Assembly: GCF_030684315.1 (NCBI RefSeq)
Contig: NC_081360.1
Span: 17,885,795-17,949,794 of the forward strand
DNA length: 64,000 nucleotides
Direction of reading: 5' to 3'
Source of the DNA: Stegostoma tigrinum
Taxonomy: Eukaryota
Shown here: piece by piece, positions 25,416 to 39,639 of the stretch
Layout: every line of letters starts with the position of its first letter
Position numbering within the stretch: position 1 is the stretch's first letter
Position numbers and translations under genes: made by a program
The notes under the pieces: model-generated
Seen by the model: the letters and a program-made list of their open reading frames with translations, nothing else
Databases searched by the model: none
Told to the model about the DNA's origin: nothing

Positions 25416-27154
25416 CATTTCACAGAAGTGTGACGACATGCCAAACAATAACTCTCTGTTTGTCGTTAGTAAAATAATGCCAATTGGCCAGCTGGTCATT
25501 TGCACAAGTTTAGATGAGAAAAACATGAAGCAATATTTTTAAATTATACACACTTTTCACTCTTCATCTTTATCTCTGATGTGAGCTGAAGCAGCATCGC
25601 ATTTCGAAGAAGGGGAAGCTCTGGAATTTTTCCTCACCTTAGAAACCTGGGAGAAAACATCAAGAGTATCAGCCCAACATGACATACTGTGTTATTTAGA
25701 CAAGAGGTTGTTTTCCACAAGCCATTTTCTGGCAATTAGAACCAGCATTCTACTTTGTCTGATTATTTCCTTATAAACCTCAAATAAATCATCCCAACAG
25801 TAAGTAGCAAAGGTGGTATCAAATGTTGTTTGCTTGGAATGCAACACACAACTTATATTAACCTGTTTTAAATTGTTCTGTGTCGGTTTATTTAATTAAC
25901 AATAATTAAATCCTGATTAATCAAATGATAGGAATATCAAAAACTGAACAGGACATAAGAAAGAATTGCCATCTATTTAACTTATATGTTTTCCGATCAC
26001 AAGATAGCGAAGAAGACAAATGTCAGAAACATGGTACATAAACATGCAATTTTAAAGGCACGGATGCTCTGAGTTTACAAGCACAATGTGACTGTCATCG
26101 TATTGTACTTACAATATCACATAATGCATTTAAGTATTTCATTCAGGACATGACTAGATCTGCTGTCCTTTGCCAGGTCATCACAATTCTTTGAAAACTG
26201 ACTTATTTCACCGTGCTTTAAGCTATACTTTTAGTCCACAAAATCCTCTGACAGATTTGAACAAAATATGTTGGACATCCTAATTCAAAATTAATTCTTC
26301 AACCCAGTTCATATCCAAAACTGCATTGGCTTCTTGTTAAAGGTCATTATCATGCTTTTGTCTGACATTATCTCATTAACATTGTGCTTTACGCTTAAAT
26401 GTGTAATATTCCAGGGGAAAAGTTAGTTTGTCCTTTTTGAGGATATTTACATGTGTACAGAAGAAATGTAAAGTCAATTCAGCCATCCTACACACTACAT
26501 AGTGAATAGCAGAGATGCATTTAAGGGGAAGCCAGATAAACACATGAAGGAGAATAAAGTGATATGTTGGCAGGGTTAGATAAAGAGAATGAAAAAGGTT
26601 TGTGTAGAACCTAAATATCAGCATACAACAAAAGGAGCACCTTGTCTGCTTCTGAGCTGTACACTTTCTGAACTGTATTTTTTAGAGATAGAGGGTCTTA
26701 CACATTGGTCACACAGCCATCAAGCAACGCCTTTCAGTTCCATGATGGAAGCCCAACCAAATCAAGTATTCATCAGGTACTTAAGTGGCCACTGCCAGGC
26801 CTCTCTTGCCTTTGAGGACCCAGCTGCAGAAAACCTGCCCACCAACAACAGTTGGCAATCAGAAGCCAGCAGCTCCTTCTCCACCAGTTGTCATTTGCCA
26901 TGGCAAACTGTAACAATACATCCACCAGAGATTCAGGTCGTTGTGGAATTTCACATCAGAGATGAGTGAGGATGGGCTGGGGATCACTAAGGAAGGCAGA
27001 GGTGGAGGCAAGGCCTTGGCTTGGTTTTCAGCAACATTTCCTGTTCCAGATCCTTTGACTGGGCATTAGAGTGCCTGATAGTGCCCCCTCCCCATTTCAG
27101 GAGGCTGCTTTAGCCCGGTAAACTCCACCTCTGCTGGCTGGGAATCCCAAAGCA

Positions 27155-27560
27155 GTTGGATAGGCTGGGACTTCTTTCTGTGGAGCATGGGAGAGTGAGA
27201 AATGACCTTACAGAGGTTTATAAAATAATGAGCTACATGGATAAGGTGAATGTCAGGTGCCGTTTCCCTAGGGTGGGGGATTTCAAGACTAGAGGACATA
27301 ATGTGAGAGGAGAAAGATTTTAAAAAGACAATGAGAGGCAATTTTTTTTTACCAAGACAGTGGTTCATGTGTTGAATTAACTTTCTGAAGAAATAGTGGA
27401 TGCAGCTGTAATTTACAACTTTTAAAAGATGTCTAGATAAGTACTTGAATAGGAAAGATCTGGTGATTTTTGGACTAAGCGCAGGTAGGTGGGACGAGCT
27501 TAGTTTGAACTGAAGGGTCTGCTTCCATGTTGTAAGAGTCTATGACTCTATGACTCTATA
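27155..27560 (+). mobile_element. CR1 3' end
   Basis: gaggtttataaaataatgag...ttcaagactagaggacat; (actctatg)n tail. Confidence 0.8.
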
Positions 27561-28021
27561 ACAGCCCTTTCAAGCCCTTGATTTTACCAGGGGACGTTCT
27601 CCAGCTGGTGGAGACTGACATGGGATCTCACCTTTGATTAACTGGGCCCAGACATCATGGTTCCTGCATGGTGTTCTGCGTTAAATCCAGCCCTATGTTA
27701 ATTATGGTCTGCAGCTTGTAAAAGAACCCAGTGTTAGCATTGCGGCCAGGACAATGATGAGCCAAGTTCCTGAAGTTACAGTCCATACAACTCCCAGGAG
27801 TTTGACCTAAACAGTGGTTCGAGAAAGATTGAATTTCACAGAGCGGATCTGAGTAGGATTTTACTTTCTTCAAATGCTATTCAAAGCACACTTGTCAGAT
27901 TTAAATACTTCAGCTGCCCACCTGAAGCATCACTGCACCTGTTATTGTTGAACTTTTGTTCATAAGTCACGTTGTGACACTAATGAAGAAATAAAGATCA
28001 GCTTTTTCTGTTTCATTCCAG

Positions 28022-28111
28022 GAGCTGAGTGAAATGATTCCAAAATCTGCAGTAGGTGAACTGAACGCAGATTCCAGTAATGTGGTTCAGCTGATAACTG
28101 CTGCCTATAAT
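28022..28111 (+). CDS. ITGB2: ITGB2 exon (ELSEMIPKSAVGELNADSSNVVQLITAAYN)
   Basis: tccag| and |gtaggt, 90 nt. Confidence 0.95.
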
Positions 28112-28289
28112 GTAGGTGCTACTCAAGAATGTATTCAATCCATCTTAGTTTTGCTTGCTTTTGGGAAAATGATGGAAGAGTACCAATATTCTAATAGACT
28201 GCTCATGATTGCATTGATAAACTGGTGGATTATGTCAATTGGCCTTCCTGCAATATTCACAGTTTATCGATTAATTTCTTTCTTTCCAG

Positions 28290-28427
28290 AATCTATCTTC
28301 CACAGTGATATTAGCACACAAAACCCTGCCAGATGGAGTCCATATCTCTTATACATCACATTGCAGTGATGGCGATATCACGAGTGAAAAAGAAGGAACT
28401 TGTTCAAATGTGAAGATTAATGAGGAG
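28290..28427 (+). CDS. ITGB2: ITGB2 exon, hybrid domain (NLSSTVILAHKTLPDGV...CSNVKINEE)
   Basis: tccag| and |gtgagt, 138 nt. Confidence 0.94.
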
Positions 28428-29574
28428 GTGAGTTCATGTAGAGATTCTCAAGGTGGCTTCTAAGATGCATGGGTACACAGCTAGAGGCCAATTAAATTCC
28501 AGTTTGGAAGAGCCAGTGCAACACAGATCATCAATTCAACGCGAGACTGTAAACACAACCAAATAGCTCATACATTTTGGGGGGGCTAGTGGCCTCTGGC
28601 CGGGGTCTCTATCCACATGGCTATTGCAGGAATCTGTAATTAATGTCCTCAGTTGACACTGAATTACACAATAATTGTATAAAATACTGATACTCTCCAT
28701 AGCAGTGATCAGACCCTTGTAAGATCACATTGAATTACACCATTAGAAAATGAAATTCTAGATGTAGAAGCCAAAATAGGGCAACATGTTATGTCCCTAA
28801 CCTGGCTACTGCAGGGGACGGAAGCTTGGAAAATTCAAAATGGTGGTCTTTCCACCACCAAACTGTCCACTCCTGATTAGGGGAGGAATTTTATTTGGTG
28901 AGGGGGTTGTGAAGGGAGACCTGCCTGGCATTGCCCAGTTGAGGTCCTTAAGTGGCCAATTATTGTCTATTTAAAAATAGCAAAGGTAGGAGGCCCAGCA
29001 CATAAGTCAGCTAGAGCTCTGGTGGAAAAGATGAACACGTCTATCACTGGTCCCTTCTCCTCATCAAGGTAACCCCACTGCATGAACCTTCCATATAGCC
29101 TCCACCCAGCTCACTGTGCCACTACCAGCCACTCCCCTCCCCTCACCTGCCCCATTCACCTTGTGTGACCACGCCACCCAATAATTTGCTTTGCCCTTTG
29201 TCACTTCACCTCATGGATCTAGGTCCAGTCCCAGCAGTGGCCTGGACCACCATTCCATGGAGTGTTATCATGCTAGTGATTAACTGATCTTGGCAGTCCC
29301 TGTTCATTGGCAGGACAGCGATACTGGTTCTTCAAAGTTGTGCTCTGCATTCAGAAGAGAAAACAAGCTACATTGAACATGCAAACAGTATGGAATGAAT
29401 CACAGAGATAGCCAACTTACTGGATCGGGGAGAACTATTTAACTGGCATTCTATGGAGATGCAGTGAACAGGTTTTTCCAATTATCTATGGATTATTGCA
29501 TGGAAGGAAGGTAATATAGGAAAGAAAACTTTTATATCATTTGACAACAGCACTGTGTGTGTTTTTTTTTTCAG

Positions 29575-29765
29575 ATACGTTTCACAATTACAGTTACTGC
29601 ACACAAATGCCTGACCAGTAAACAGTCCTTTGAGATTCGACCTTTGGGCTTCACTGAGAAGTTGGAAATTACACTGCAAATGCGGTGTGACTGTAAATGT
29701 GACGACAAACCTGACTTGTCTCCTTATTGCAACAATAAGGGTCAAATCAAGTGTGGTGTATGCAG
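29575..29765 (+). CDS. ITGB2: ITGB2 exon, hybrid/EGF1 (IRFTITVTAHKC...IRPLGFTE...CDCKC...KCGVC)
   Basis: poly-T tcag| and |gtaaat, 191 nt. Confidence 0.95.
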
Positions 29766-30374
29766 GTAAATTAATACCATCCAAGCTCCCTAAGGTTGTT
29801 TCATTTCTTTTGAGGAACACTTCCTTCCCTTTCAACACATGATAAACTCAGAGCAAGCAAATGTTTGCTGTCTCAAAGTCTCTCTCACTTCATGACTGCA
29901 ATCTCTCTCTTTGCAAACTTTCTTTTTTCATTCCGTTGTACTGCCATGGTTATAGCTCCTCTGAATCTCGCTTGAAATTCAAAATTCATCGACTGACAAC
30001 GTTTTCCTTCCACATCCTTTCTGTGATAATGTTGTTGCACAGTCTTCTTCCTTGCATTTTCCCCTCGGAATTCCAAAACTGTAAATTCTGAGTCTTCTTC
30101 CTAAAAATCAAAGCTTTTAAAACCGAAGATCCTCCCGCCACACCACCCCCCCGCCACCCCCAGCCGTCTTCCTGCCCATCTTGATGGTGGCATAGATTAC
30201 TTTTTATTCACTCTTCGGCTGTGGATCCCCACTGGCTGGGTAGCATTTATAGTCTCTCGTTGACACCTATCTGTCTTTTTAAATGCAAGACCAAAATGAA
30301 TAGTGAAGTTTATCCTAAGATCAGGCACCATCTTACAATCCATGCTCCCTTCAAATATTACATTGGTAGCTGTG

Positions 30375-30568
30375 GAAAATACCTCCATTTGATCGACAGT
30401 GACCCTGAGCTTCCAGTCACTTGTCATTTTAATTTTCCCCAACGCTTCCACTCTGACGTTTGTGTCAACGCTTACCTACGGTGTTCCAATAAAACTTAAC
30501 ATTAGCTTGAGTAATTGCACCTCATCAATTGACTAGGTACTGTACAACTTTTTGACTCAACACTGAGT
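30375..30568 (+). mobile_element. Old PLE endonuclease fragment
   Basis: DPELPVTCHFN peptide, homologous to LPVANNF in the ORF at 46035. Confidence 0.6.
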
Positions 30569-31210
30569 TAGAGTCAAAGAGCTTTAGAGATGTATAGCAC
30601 CAAAACAGATCCTTCGGTCCAGCATATCCACGTTGACCAGATATCCTCAATAAATCTAGACTCATTTGCCAGCATTTAGCCCATAACCCTCTGAACCCTT
30701 CCTATTCATGTACCCATCCAGGTGCCTTTTAAATGTTCTAACTGTAGCCACATCCACCACTTCCTCTGGCAGCTTGTTCCATACACACACCACCCTCTGC
30801 ATGAAAATGTTGCCTCTCAGGTCCCTTTTCAATCTTTCCCCTCTCACAATAAACCTATGCCCTCTGGTTTTCGACTCCCCCACCCCTGGGAAAAGACCTT
30901 GGCTATTCGTGCTATCCATGCCTCTCATGATTTTATCAACCGCTATAACGTCTTCTGCAGCCTCCAAATCTCCAGGGAAAATAGCCCCAGTCTATTCAGC
31001 CTTTCCTTGCAGCTTAAACCCTACAACCCTTGCAACACGCTTGTCAATCTTTCCTGAACCCTTCCAAGTTTCACAACATCCTTCCTTAAGCAGGGAGACC
31101 AGAAGTGCACATTGGTTAGGCCACTATTGGAATACAATGTCCTTTTCAGCCATGAAGTGACCTTCCAACTCAATGCATTGACCAATAAAGGCAAGCATAC
31201 CAAATGCCTT
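30569..31210 (-). mobile_element. 5'-truncated CR1 LINE
   Basis: KIMRGMD...KTRGHRF...WNKLPEEVV...FKRHLDGYM and FWSPCLRKDVVKL. Confidence 0.88.
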
Positions 31211-31480
31211 TCAAACATCAGGCAGAGACTCGCCTGCGCATCCGTCAACATGGTCTATTGCTTCCGCTGCTCCCAATGTGGCCTCCTCTACAGCAGTAGA
31301 CCAAGCGGAGGCTCGAAGGCCACTTTGTAGACCATCTGTGCTTAGTTCATGACAAACGACAACACCTTCTAGTTGCGAACCATCTTAGTTCCTCCTCCCA
31401 CTCCCTGGGTGACATGTCCATCCTGGGTCTCCCCCAGTATCACAATGACACCACCCTTAAATGTATTTGCAGAATCCCTT
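31211..31480 (+). mobile_element. PLE GIY-YIG fragment
   Basis: NIRQRLACASVNMVYCFRCSQCGLLY. Confidence 0.75.
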
Positions 31481-32033
31481 TGGAGGTCACCAACTTTAGA
31501 TCATAATCTTTGCTTCCATCTTGTTCTTTTTTTTTATTTGCTGGGTCCATCTTTTATTTCTTCCTTTACTCTTCCTGATGTTCAGATGGCTGATATCTAT
31601 ACATCCATACCTTATTTGGAACAACTTTTGTGTCTTTATTACATTCATTAACTATAACTTCCTTGAAGGCTTTCACACCATGTTTTGTCATTTAATCTTT
31701 TCTGTCATCTATTTTCTCTTTTGTACTTCCTCTAACTCAAAACCAATTACATTTCCACCCATCTCCATTTCTGAGGGAAAGTCTACTTTACCTGAAGTGA
31801 TTTCTCTCAGGATGTGCATGACTCACAAATATTTCCAGCATTTTCTTCGGTTGTTATTTCAGCATCAGCAGCATTTTGCTTTCGAAGCCTTGTCACTTCT
31901 GTTACATTGGGAATGAAGGGACAGTTGTGAGGGCTTGAACAGCTTTTACTTTTCTTAACTTTATTGTGAAGCTTGCACTTTGTCAATTATACATCTGTTT
32001 GGGAAAATTGAGCCTGATTTCTGTTTCTCCTAG

Positions 32034-32266
32034 CTGCACAGAAGATCGAATTGGCAAGTTCTGTGAGTGTGATCCTGGTCAGCGTTCCACGCAAGACCTG
32101 GATGCAGCTTGCCGTAAGGACAACTCCTCAGCAACCTGCAGTAACCAGGGAGACTGTGTATGCGGTGCTTGCATTTGCCACACTAACCCCAATAAGAAAA
32201 TATATGGCCAGTACTGTCAGTGCGATGACCAGAACTGTGAGCGAAACCTGGGTAAACTGTGTGCTG
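32034..32266 (+). CDS. ITGB2: ITGB2 exon, EGF1-3 (CTEDRIGKFCEC...CSNQGDCVCGAC...YGQYCQCDDQNC)
   Basis: cctag| and |gtgggt, 233 nt. Confidence 0.94.
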
Positions 32267-32812
32267 GTGGGTATTCTCTCAGATTTGTATCTTAGCTTCT
32301 TACTTTAATGAACCTTTGATTTTATTCTTCAATGGCTGTTGTGCATTTTTATGTTCCTGCATTTTCGGATGAGGGGCAAGTCTTTTAGCATCTAATTCAC
32401 TGATGTGTCAATTTTTGTTACAATAATAGAAAAACATTTAAATCTTTTTTGTGGTGTTAGCATGCACCACTATGTGGATCAGGCTTTCTCTTCCTTTTCT
32501 CTGTCAGGCCTGCTGAACAGGGGTCACTGATGCACAGAGAATGTGTCTTTCACTGAAAAATTCGTGTGATTTTGCATTTGGCTGACAGATAATGCAGGGA
32601 CTGTTTGGAAACAGTGATTTTTCCCTGGAGCATCATCGGCATGTGATGGTGCAGTTACTGGTACTTTGTGGATTATGTTTGCTGCTTGTGGCTAGTGCTT
32701 GTGCAATGTGGAAAAGAACATGCTTTCATAATAAATGAGTACAGTTGCAGAGGAGGCTGAAAAGGTACCAACCAGAAACTCACACACTTTTGTCTCTTAC
32801 TTTATCCTTCAG

Positions 32813-33035
32813 GTCATGGTTCGTGCGATTGTGGTAAATGTATCTGTGAGAAAGGCTTTGGAGGAACTGCGTGCGAGTGCGCAGATGCTGATGAACAATG
32901 CAAGGAGACCAGAAATAGCACTACCTGCAGTGGAAGAGGAAAATGCGTATGTAACCAGTGTAAATGTATTGCCGGTTATCAGCCCCCATTCTGCACACAA
33001 TGCCCTGGCTGTCCATCTGCATGCCCCACCTATGT
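32813..33035 (+). CDS. ITGB2: ITGB2 exon, EGF3-4 (HGSCDCGKC...CSGRGKCVCNQCKC...CPGCPSAC)
   Basis: ttcag| and |gtaagt, 223 nt. Confidence 0.95.
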
Positions 33036-33789
33036 GTAAGTACTCGAGTGAATGCGTCAGTGAAGACGTGGCCTGTGAGAAACCAAAGATTATTTTAAAT
33101 GTACAGCCTGCAGCATGAAGGCAAGGTGACGGGGTAAAAGAATTGGGTCGGCAGTTGCTGATCCTTAAGATTTTGACTGTGGTTTTGCCAAGTTTCTAAA
33201 ACAAGAAGCTACAATTTACCCTGCTTTAAATCTCATATCTGGAGAATTTCTGAGAAAAAAAAAGATTCGCCACTTCTGCAAATGATCGACTTTTTAAAAC
33301 AAAACCCTGAAAAATTGTGTCACTTTATTGCAGATTTGAAACAAAACGTTAATCTTTAAGGTTGAAACCCTTTTTTTTGGAAAGTGAGGAGTTTGCTTTT
33401 CCTTTGTTTAGAAATGTTGATCAGTCAATCTTGGTGCACTCCAAGCATTTCTGTTTTAAAACTTTTTTAAGTGGCGAGCAATACAAACATGTTTACTGGA
33501 AAAAAAAAGTCCTAACAGCTGGTTAAATTTTTAATTCACGGCATGAAATCCTGCTGTGTATCACTAATTGGGGTAACTTTGAAATTATTTTTGCAAATTC
33601 CAAATGAAAATGAGTTTGACTCACCTGCTTCTATTTTGGCAAGATGTGGTTTTATCACTTCATACCTGAATTAATTGAAACTATCTGAAAATAGTTCAGT
33701 GTGGTTATTGTATTACGCTTCAGCATGTGACAAACCCTCAAACTGCCTCTAGCCATCAATTTTGATGCTGCGTCAAATGTATGGAAAAT

Positions 33790-34835
33790 TGATCTAATTT
33801 CTTTGCACTTTCTCCTGAGTCTCTTTCTCCAATACACTGGTGATGCCATCGGTGCTTCCTCTTGCTGTCATCTAGAATTGGGAAATTTAATCAGTTTTGC
33901 TTCCAATTTTGATCTTTCTCTTACCTTCATCTGGTCCATCTTTGACTCTTCTCTCCCCTTCCTTGACCTTACAGTTTCCATTTCCAAGACCCACCACAAT
34001 CCTCTCAACCCCATAGTTACCTTGACTACACTTGTTCACATCCTGCTTCCTGGAAGAACTCCATTCCATGTTCCCGGTTTCTCTGTTACAACTGTTTCTA
34101 TTTTGTTGAAACCCTCTTCTCCTAGGATGCTCCCAACATGTCTTCCTTTTTCCTTAGCCAAGGATATCCCCACTGTAGCTGTCAGGGCCTTAAGCCATTT
34201 CCCACAATTCTATTCTCACCCCTTTCCCTCCCTCCCAGAACAAGGATAGGGTTCTCCTTAACCTCACTCGTCATCCCACCAGACTCTGCATTCAAAGAAT
34301 CATCCTCTGTCATGTCTGCCACTTTCAACAAGATGCCATAACCAAATTGATCTTCGTCTCCATTGTTAGCGTTCCTGATGGCCTGTTCCATCTGCACCAC
34401 ATTGGGCCATTCCAAACACCTTTCCATCCCCACTGGCATCATTGCACACCATTGTAAGTGGTGTAACACTGACCCTTTTACCTCCTTTCTCAATAGCCAA
34501 GGCCCCACACATACCTTCTTCCAATCTAGTCAGATGTATTCACTGCTCACAACATGGTCTCCTTTACATTGATGAGGCCAAATGCAGACTGGGTGACTGC
34601 TTTGTGGAACAGCACTGTTCTGGTCACAAGAATGATCCTGAACTGCTTGTTGTTTGCCTTTTTAATGCATCATCTTGCTGTCATGCTAAAATTTCTATCC
34701 TAGGTCTGCTTGTGATAATCTAGCAAAGCTGAACATAAGCAGAAAGAGCAATTTTAAATCTGTCTCTTTACATATATATACCACAGCGCTTTCAGCCTTG
34801 AGAGTTCAGCATTGAGTTCAACATTTTCAAACCAT
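33790..34835 (+). mobile_element. Decayed PLE (RT C-terminus plus GIY-YIG)
   Basis: SISDSSLPFLDL-like RT segment and NLVRCIHCSQHGLLYIDEAKCRLGDCFVEQH. Confidence 0.78.
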
Positions 34836-37662
34836 GAATTCTATTCTTCATTTTGATTACACCCCACCAACTCTGTATCTTTTTTACATGGATTTATGGA
34901 TAGAGCTGATCTAATTTCTGTTCCTAACAACTAACTCCTTTTGCCTTTTGCTCTAAGTCGCATTCTCAAACATTTTCACTTGTTCCTCCTTACCCCTTTT
35001 TCTCCTGTGTAAAACAAACGCTTTCCCTGCCCCCTTCAATTTCCAGGAAGATTAATTTCTCTCTCCATGTGCCAGAACGGCTGAGCTTCTGTATCATTTT
35101 TCATTTTTATTTCTGATCGTCTAACATCCATACTCTTTTGCTTTATTTGCAATTAAAAAAGACACTTCCCTAATGCAATAAAACATTTGAAGGATGTCAC
35201 AGGGTGTAACTGATAGGACAGGAAGAAACAATGAGAAGTACGATAATAAATCATGAGATCAGTATAACGGTAAGAAATGATCTTTGTTCAGAGGAACAAG
35301 ACTGGAAATCATTCAGATACAGCTAAAAAAAAATCAAGGGAAGGAAGTCATTTGTGGGAGTATTGAAAAGCCCTTGAACAATTAGCAAATTATGGAACAG
35401 CGTATAAATCAAGAAACAACGGAGGCAGTGAAATGGTGGTGCAGAGGTGATATCATTCAATAATGATCGATCAAGGCTAACATTCAGGGGCATGGGTTCA
35501 AATCCCACAATGATAGCTGCATGACAGAAATTTGAACTCAATTAGTAAATCTCAAATATAAAGGTAGTCTCAATAATGGTGCCACTAGCTGCCATTGATT
35601 GTTGTTAAAAGCTCATTTCTTACCCTGTTGCCCTTTAGGGAGGGTTATCTCCCATTCTTATCTGATCTACTTTCTGTGTGATTTATAAATTCTGGTTGGT
35701 TCCAGAACATATCGTTCAAAAGAACTGTCGGACTTGGCAATGTGTACTGAGACAGGACTAATTCATGATTTTATTGTGAGGGATCCTCTGGCAAGAGAGG
35801 TCATAAAACAATCAGATTTCGCCATTCAGTTTGAGGGTGAGCAACCTCGGGTTTGCAGCTCATATTTTGTTACCTAATCCTTAATCTTGGTGGATTGGTA
35901 AAGTAGGTTATAGGGGCCAGCAAAAGATAACAAAAGAAGAGAGAAACCTGACCAAGAGTAAACTAGAAAGAAACATGAAAACAAGACAGTAAGTATTCTA
36001 CAAACATATCAACTGGACTTGATGGCCCATGCTTTAAAAGAATGTGGTGGAAAAGTAGGAGATACATTGATTGTCATCTTCTAAATACTCTTTTAATCTT
36101 CCAAAATACTTTGAATCTGTGAAGGTTCTTGTGAGCCAGAAACAAGGGAGACTGTAAGCAGGATACAATAGGCTAAGTAGGTTATTACTTGAATAAAAAC
36201 TGGAAGACTTGTAGACGCTGTAAATCAGGGACAAAAATAGAAGGAGCTGGAAAAGCTCACCTTACAGATGCTGCCAGACCGACTGAACTTTTCTAGCAAC
36301 TTCTGTTTTCGTAGCTGAGCATTCGGGAAAATGCTGGAATTCATTATTAAGGATATTTAGAAAATCTTAATTCATCAAATCTACTCAACTACTCTCTACC
36401 CGATTCTGACAATGAACTTTGGGAGAGGATATGGCCATTTTGAACTTGCTGTGGCTGCTCCTCCATCCTGGGAGTCTGGATCATCATGTCCTAAAAGTAG
36501 CAGTAGCTCCTGTGGAGTTATGGAGTCACTAGTCTCTAATTTGCTGACAGCTTTTGGTGATTTCCTTGTGATGCGTTCGAATTCCAGGAGGCTGTCTGTT
36601 TGCCACAAGATCCAATGGGCTTTCCCATCTTCATAGGCTGGGAGCTTCCTTGCTCCAATTTCTCCCGCGTTCACTCTTATTCTCAAACTGGGAAGATAAG
36701 CCCCTCGGAATCTTGGTTCAAAAAAAGGAGTCTCTAATTTAAGACAGAGTTGGAGAGGAATTTCTACTCTCAGTTGGCCATTAATCTTTGGAATTCTCTT
36801 CTACGAAGTGTAGCAGAGGCTGGGTCACTGAGGCTGGGTCACTGATTATATATGAGGGCTAGATAGATATTTGATCCATAAGGGAGTCAGGGGTTATGAA
36901 ATGGAAAAGTGGAATTGAGACCACAACCCGGTAAGTCATAATTTTATTGAACAATGTGCTTAAGGGGCCAAATGGCCTCCTCTTGTTCCTTATTTAAAGG
37001 GGGCATTGGGAGATGTCAAAGTGAGTAGTTTAAAGGAGTGTCTTTAAAGGAGAAGTGAGAACTCAACATGCAAAGCACTTGATGGAGGGAACTGCAGAGC
37101 TTGGCACGTGACCATCAATTTAATCAGGGCTGCTCAAGAGCTAGAACTGGACATGTAGGGGGAACACAGAGGTAAGAAAGATATAAGGCCATGCACACAC
37201 TTGCAAGTAAAGATAGTATTATAAAATTGAGGCATGGCTGGACTGTTATCCAAAGTGAATAAATAAGTACAGAGTGATAGGTGGGATTTGTTCACAAGAA
37301 CATGTAGGCAGCAGAAATAAACTCATTTAAAAAGGTGCAAAATAGCAGCTTGTTTCTGTGCAGTTGAACGAATGGCTCATTCCTCAAAAAGTATTTCTTA
37401 TTCAGAGAGAAGAATTGACAGTATGATAAATTGCAACTTTACAGTTCCACACATTTGTATTTTCCTGCCCTATTAAGGCCTTGCTGCTATGATATTTTGG
37501 GTTCAGCAAATCTAATGAAACTCATAAAACTCATTTGCTTACATTTAAGACACTTGAAAGAGAGAGAGAGAGCAGACACAAATCAGTGACCTATCTTAGA
37601 CTGTAATGGAGTAATGACAGTAAGGTTTGTGACCGTAGCATTTCTCATTTTATTTGAGACAG

Positions 37663-37871
37663 GCCCTGCATTGAGTGTCTTGGATTTTCGAGTGGCCCAT
37701 TTAAGGAAAACTGCTCTGTTGCATGTAACAATATAAAACATGAGTTAAAGGAAGAACTGGAAGAAGAGAATGCATGTAAAGAGAAAGACTCCAAGAACTG
37801 CTGGATGAATTTTGTGATGAAGGAGTTAGATGGGGTTTCACAGTATCATGTGCTTATCAAGAAGCAAACAG
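37663..37871 (+). CDS. ITGB2: ITGB2 exon, beta-tail domain (PCIECLGFSSGPFKENCSVAC...CKEKDSKNCW)
   Basis: gacag| and |gtttgt, 209 nt, phases fit both neighbours. Confidence 0.92.
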
Positions 37872-39054
37872 GTTTGTGTAATTGTCCTTCCTTGAAAAAT
37901 CAAAGACAACAGAAGTGCACAAGTGGACAGATATGCTTAATGCAACATTATTACAGTTTTTGTTCTTTGTTGAACCAATATTTCACTGGGCCATAAGGGA
38001 ATCTTGATATCCATTAGATCAGTGAATATATCCATCTGATTGATGACAATGGATAGTCCTGGGTTAAACCCTGGTGAGTAATTCATTTTGTTTTCTCAAA
38101 TATACAAGACTCATTGAGTCTGGTGAATTATTTGTGCTTTTAGAGCTCCTTTTGGTACAATCTGAGCAAATAACAACAGTGGAAGTGGAAGACAATTGTG
38201 AACCATAATCTGCATGGGTATAAGTACTTAAAGATAAACCTGTGCTTTCCCCAACATTGCCTTTGAAACACCAAATGTGTAAATTTGAGTAGGGAATCAA
38301 CACTGTTGTAAGACCAAAATTATTAACCTTTTCTTCATCTCATTCATTGGGATGGGTTTTTCACTCCTGAGGTCACTAGCTCAAGTCGGGAAATTACCTG
38401 GCTCAACATTTATGCCTCAGGAAAAAGTTCCCGAATGACTTGATGTTCATTTTGTGGCCTGGTGGGTGTGAGTTGGCGCCTGGCCTGCAGCAGGCCAGAG
38501 ACGGTAACAATGGCTGCTAAGCATTTAAAGATCTGCCACAGTTCTGCCCAACTTGAGGCCACTTGTTTTCTCAAGCCCTCACTCCTTTACACCTTTTCAA
38601 ATTCCTTCCACCTAATTCCCATGCCCATACACACCAACACACGTTCCCTAATTCACACCAATGGCCTCTCATGCCCTCCATGCTGACGCACGACACACAA
38701 TTCAATGCAAAGACCCCATTTCAACACAACCTCCTCAGGGAACAGGAGAAAGGCTTGGGTGATACATGATGTGAAGTGCTTCTTCAGAGAGCCAGCACAG
38801 ACACAGTCAGTTGAATGGTCACTTACTGCTGTAACCATTTGATTTATTCAATGAAACCAACACTGGTACTGCAGAAATTATAAAGTGCTCACTTTCTTCA
38901 CCAGTACACTCATGGAATTCTTGGGGAAGGCACTTGTAAGAATTCCATTTGGATGGTTATATGATCAGTCGCAGATTCTATTGACATATACACAAGGATG
39001 CTCCAATCATTTGACTTGCATCTGTGAACCATTATTTCGATTTTATAATTTCAG

Positions 39055-39221
39055 AATGCCCTAAGCCTCCAAATGTCATAGCTATTGTTGCTGGTGGAGT
39101 GGTTGGTGTGCTTTTGATTGGATTGGCGATTCTCCTGATCTGGAAACTGGTGACTGAACTCTACGACAGAAGAGAATATAAAAAATTTGAAAAGGAGCGA
39201 GCAAAATCAAAGTGGAATGAC
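39055..39221 (+). CDS. ITGB2: ITGB2 exon, transmembrane and proximal cytoplasmic tail
   Basis: ttcag| and |gtacgt, 167 nt; [24 protein letters not shown] then [11 protein letters not shown]. Confidence 0.96.
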
Positions 39222-39639
39222 GTACGTAGAAATGATTATTTGCACTTTATGACAAACCAATACATTGTTAAACGGCAGTACCAGTCTCCCATTGAAACCA
39301 TCCCATGCCAACAGTACCTTTTGGACTTTTGCATGTTAAATGTCTTCACACATTTTAATGCATTATATTTGGAGGTAATTTTTTTTTCTGCAATGGATGT
39401 CTCATTTTTGAAATTGTAAATCTCTGTTCATGTGACACTGGAATGCATATGAACAACTGCTTGAGTATGAATGTTCTGCACAAGAATATTTGTTTAGTCA
39501 TGCTGCTTCCGGACAACTGCAGAATTGCGAATGTCAATGGTGTAAAGATTAAGCCAGCAATTACTTATCAGTCAGTTCAAAATCAGTGGTGGGGAAGTTT
39601 GCAGAAACAGTATGTTAGAATAGAATTAATAGTCACATG

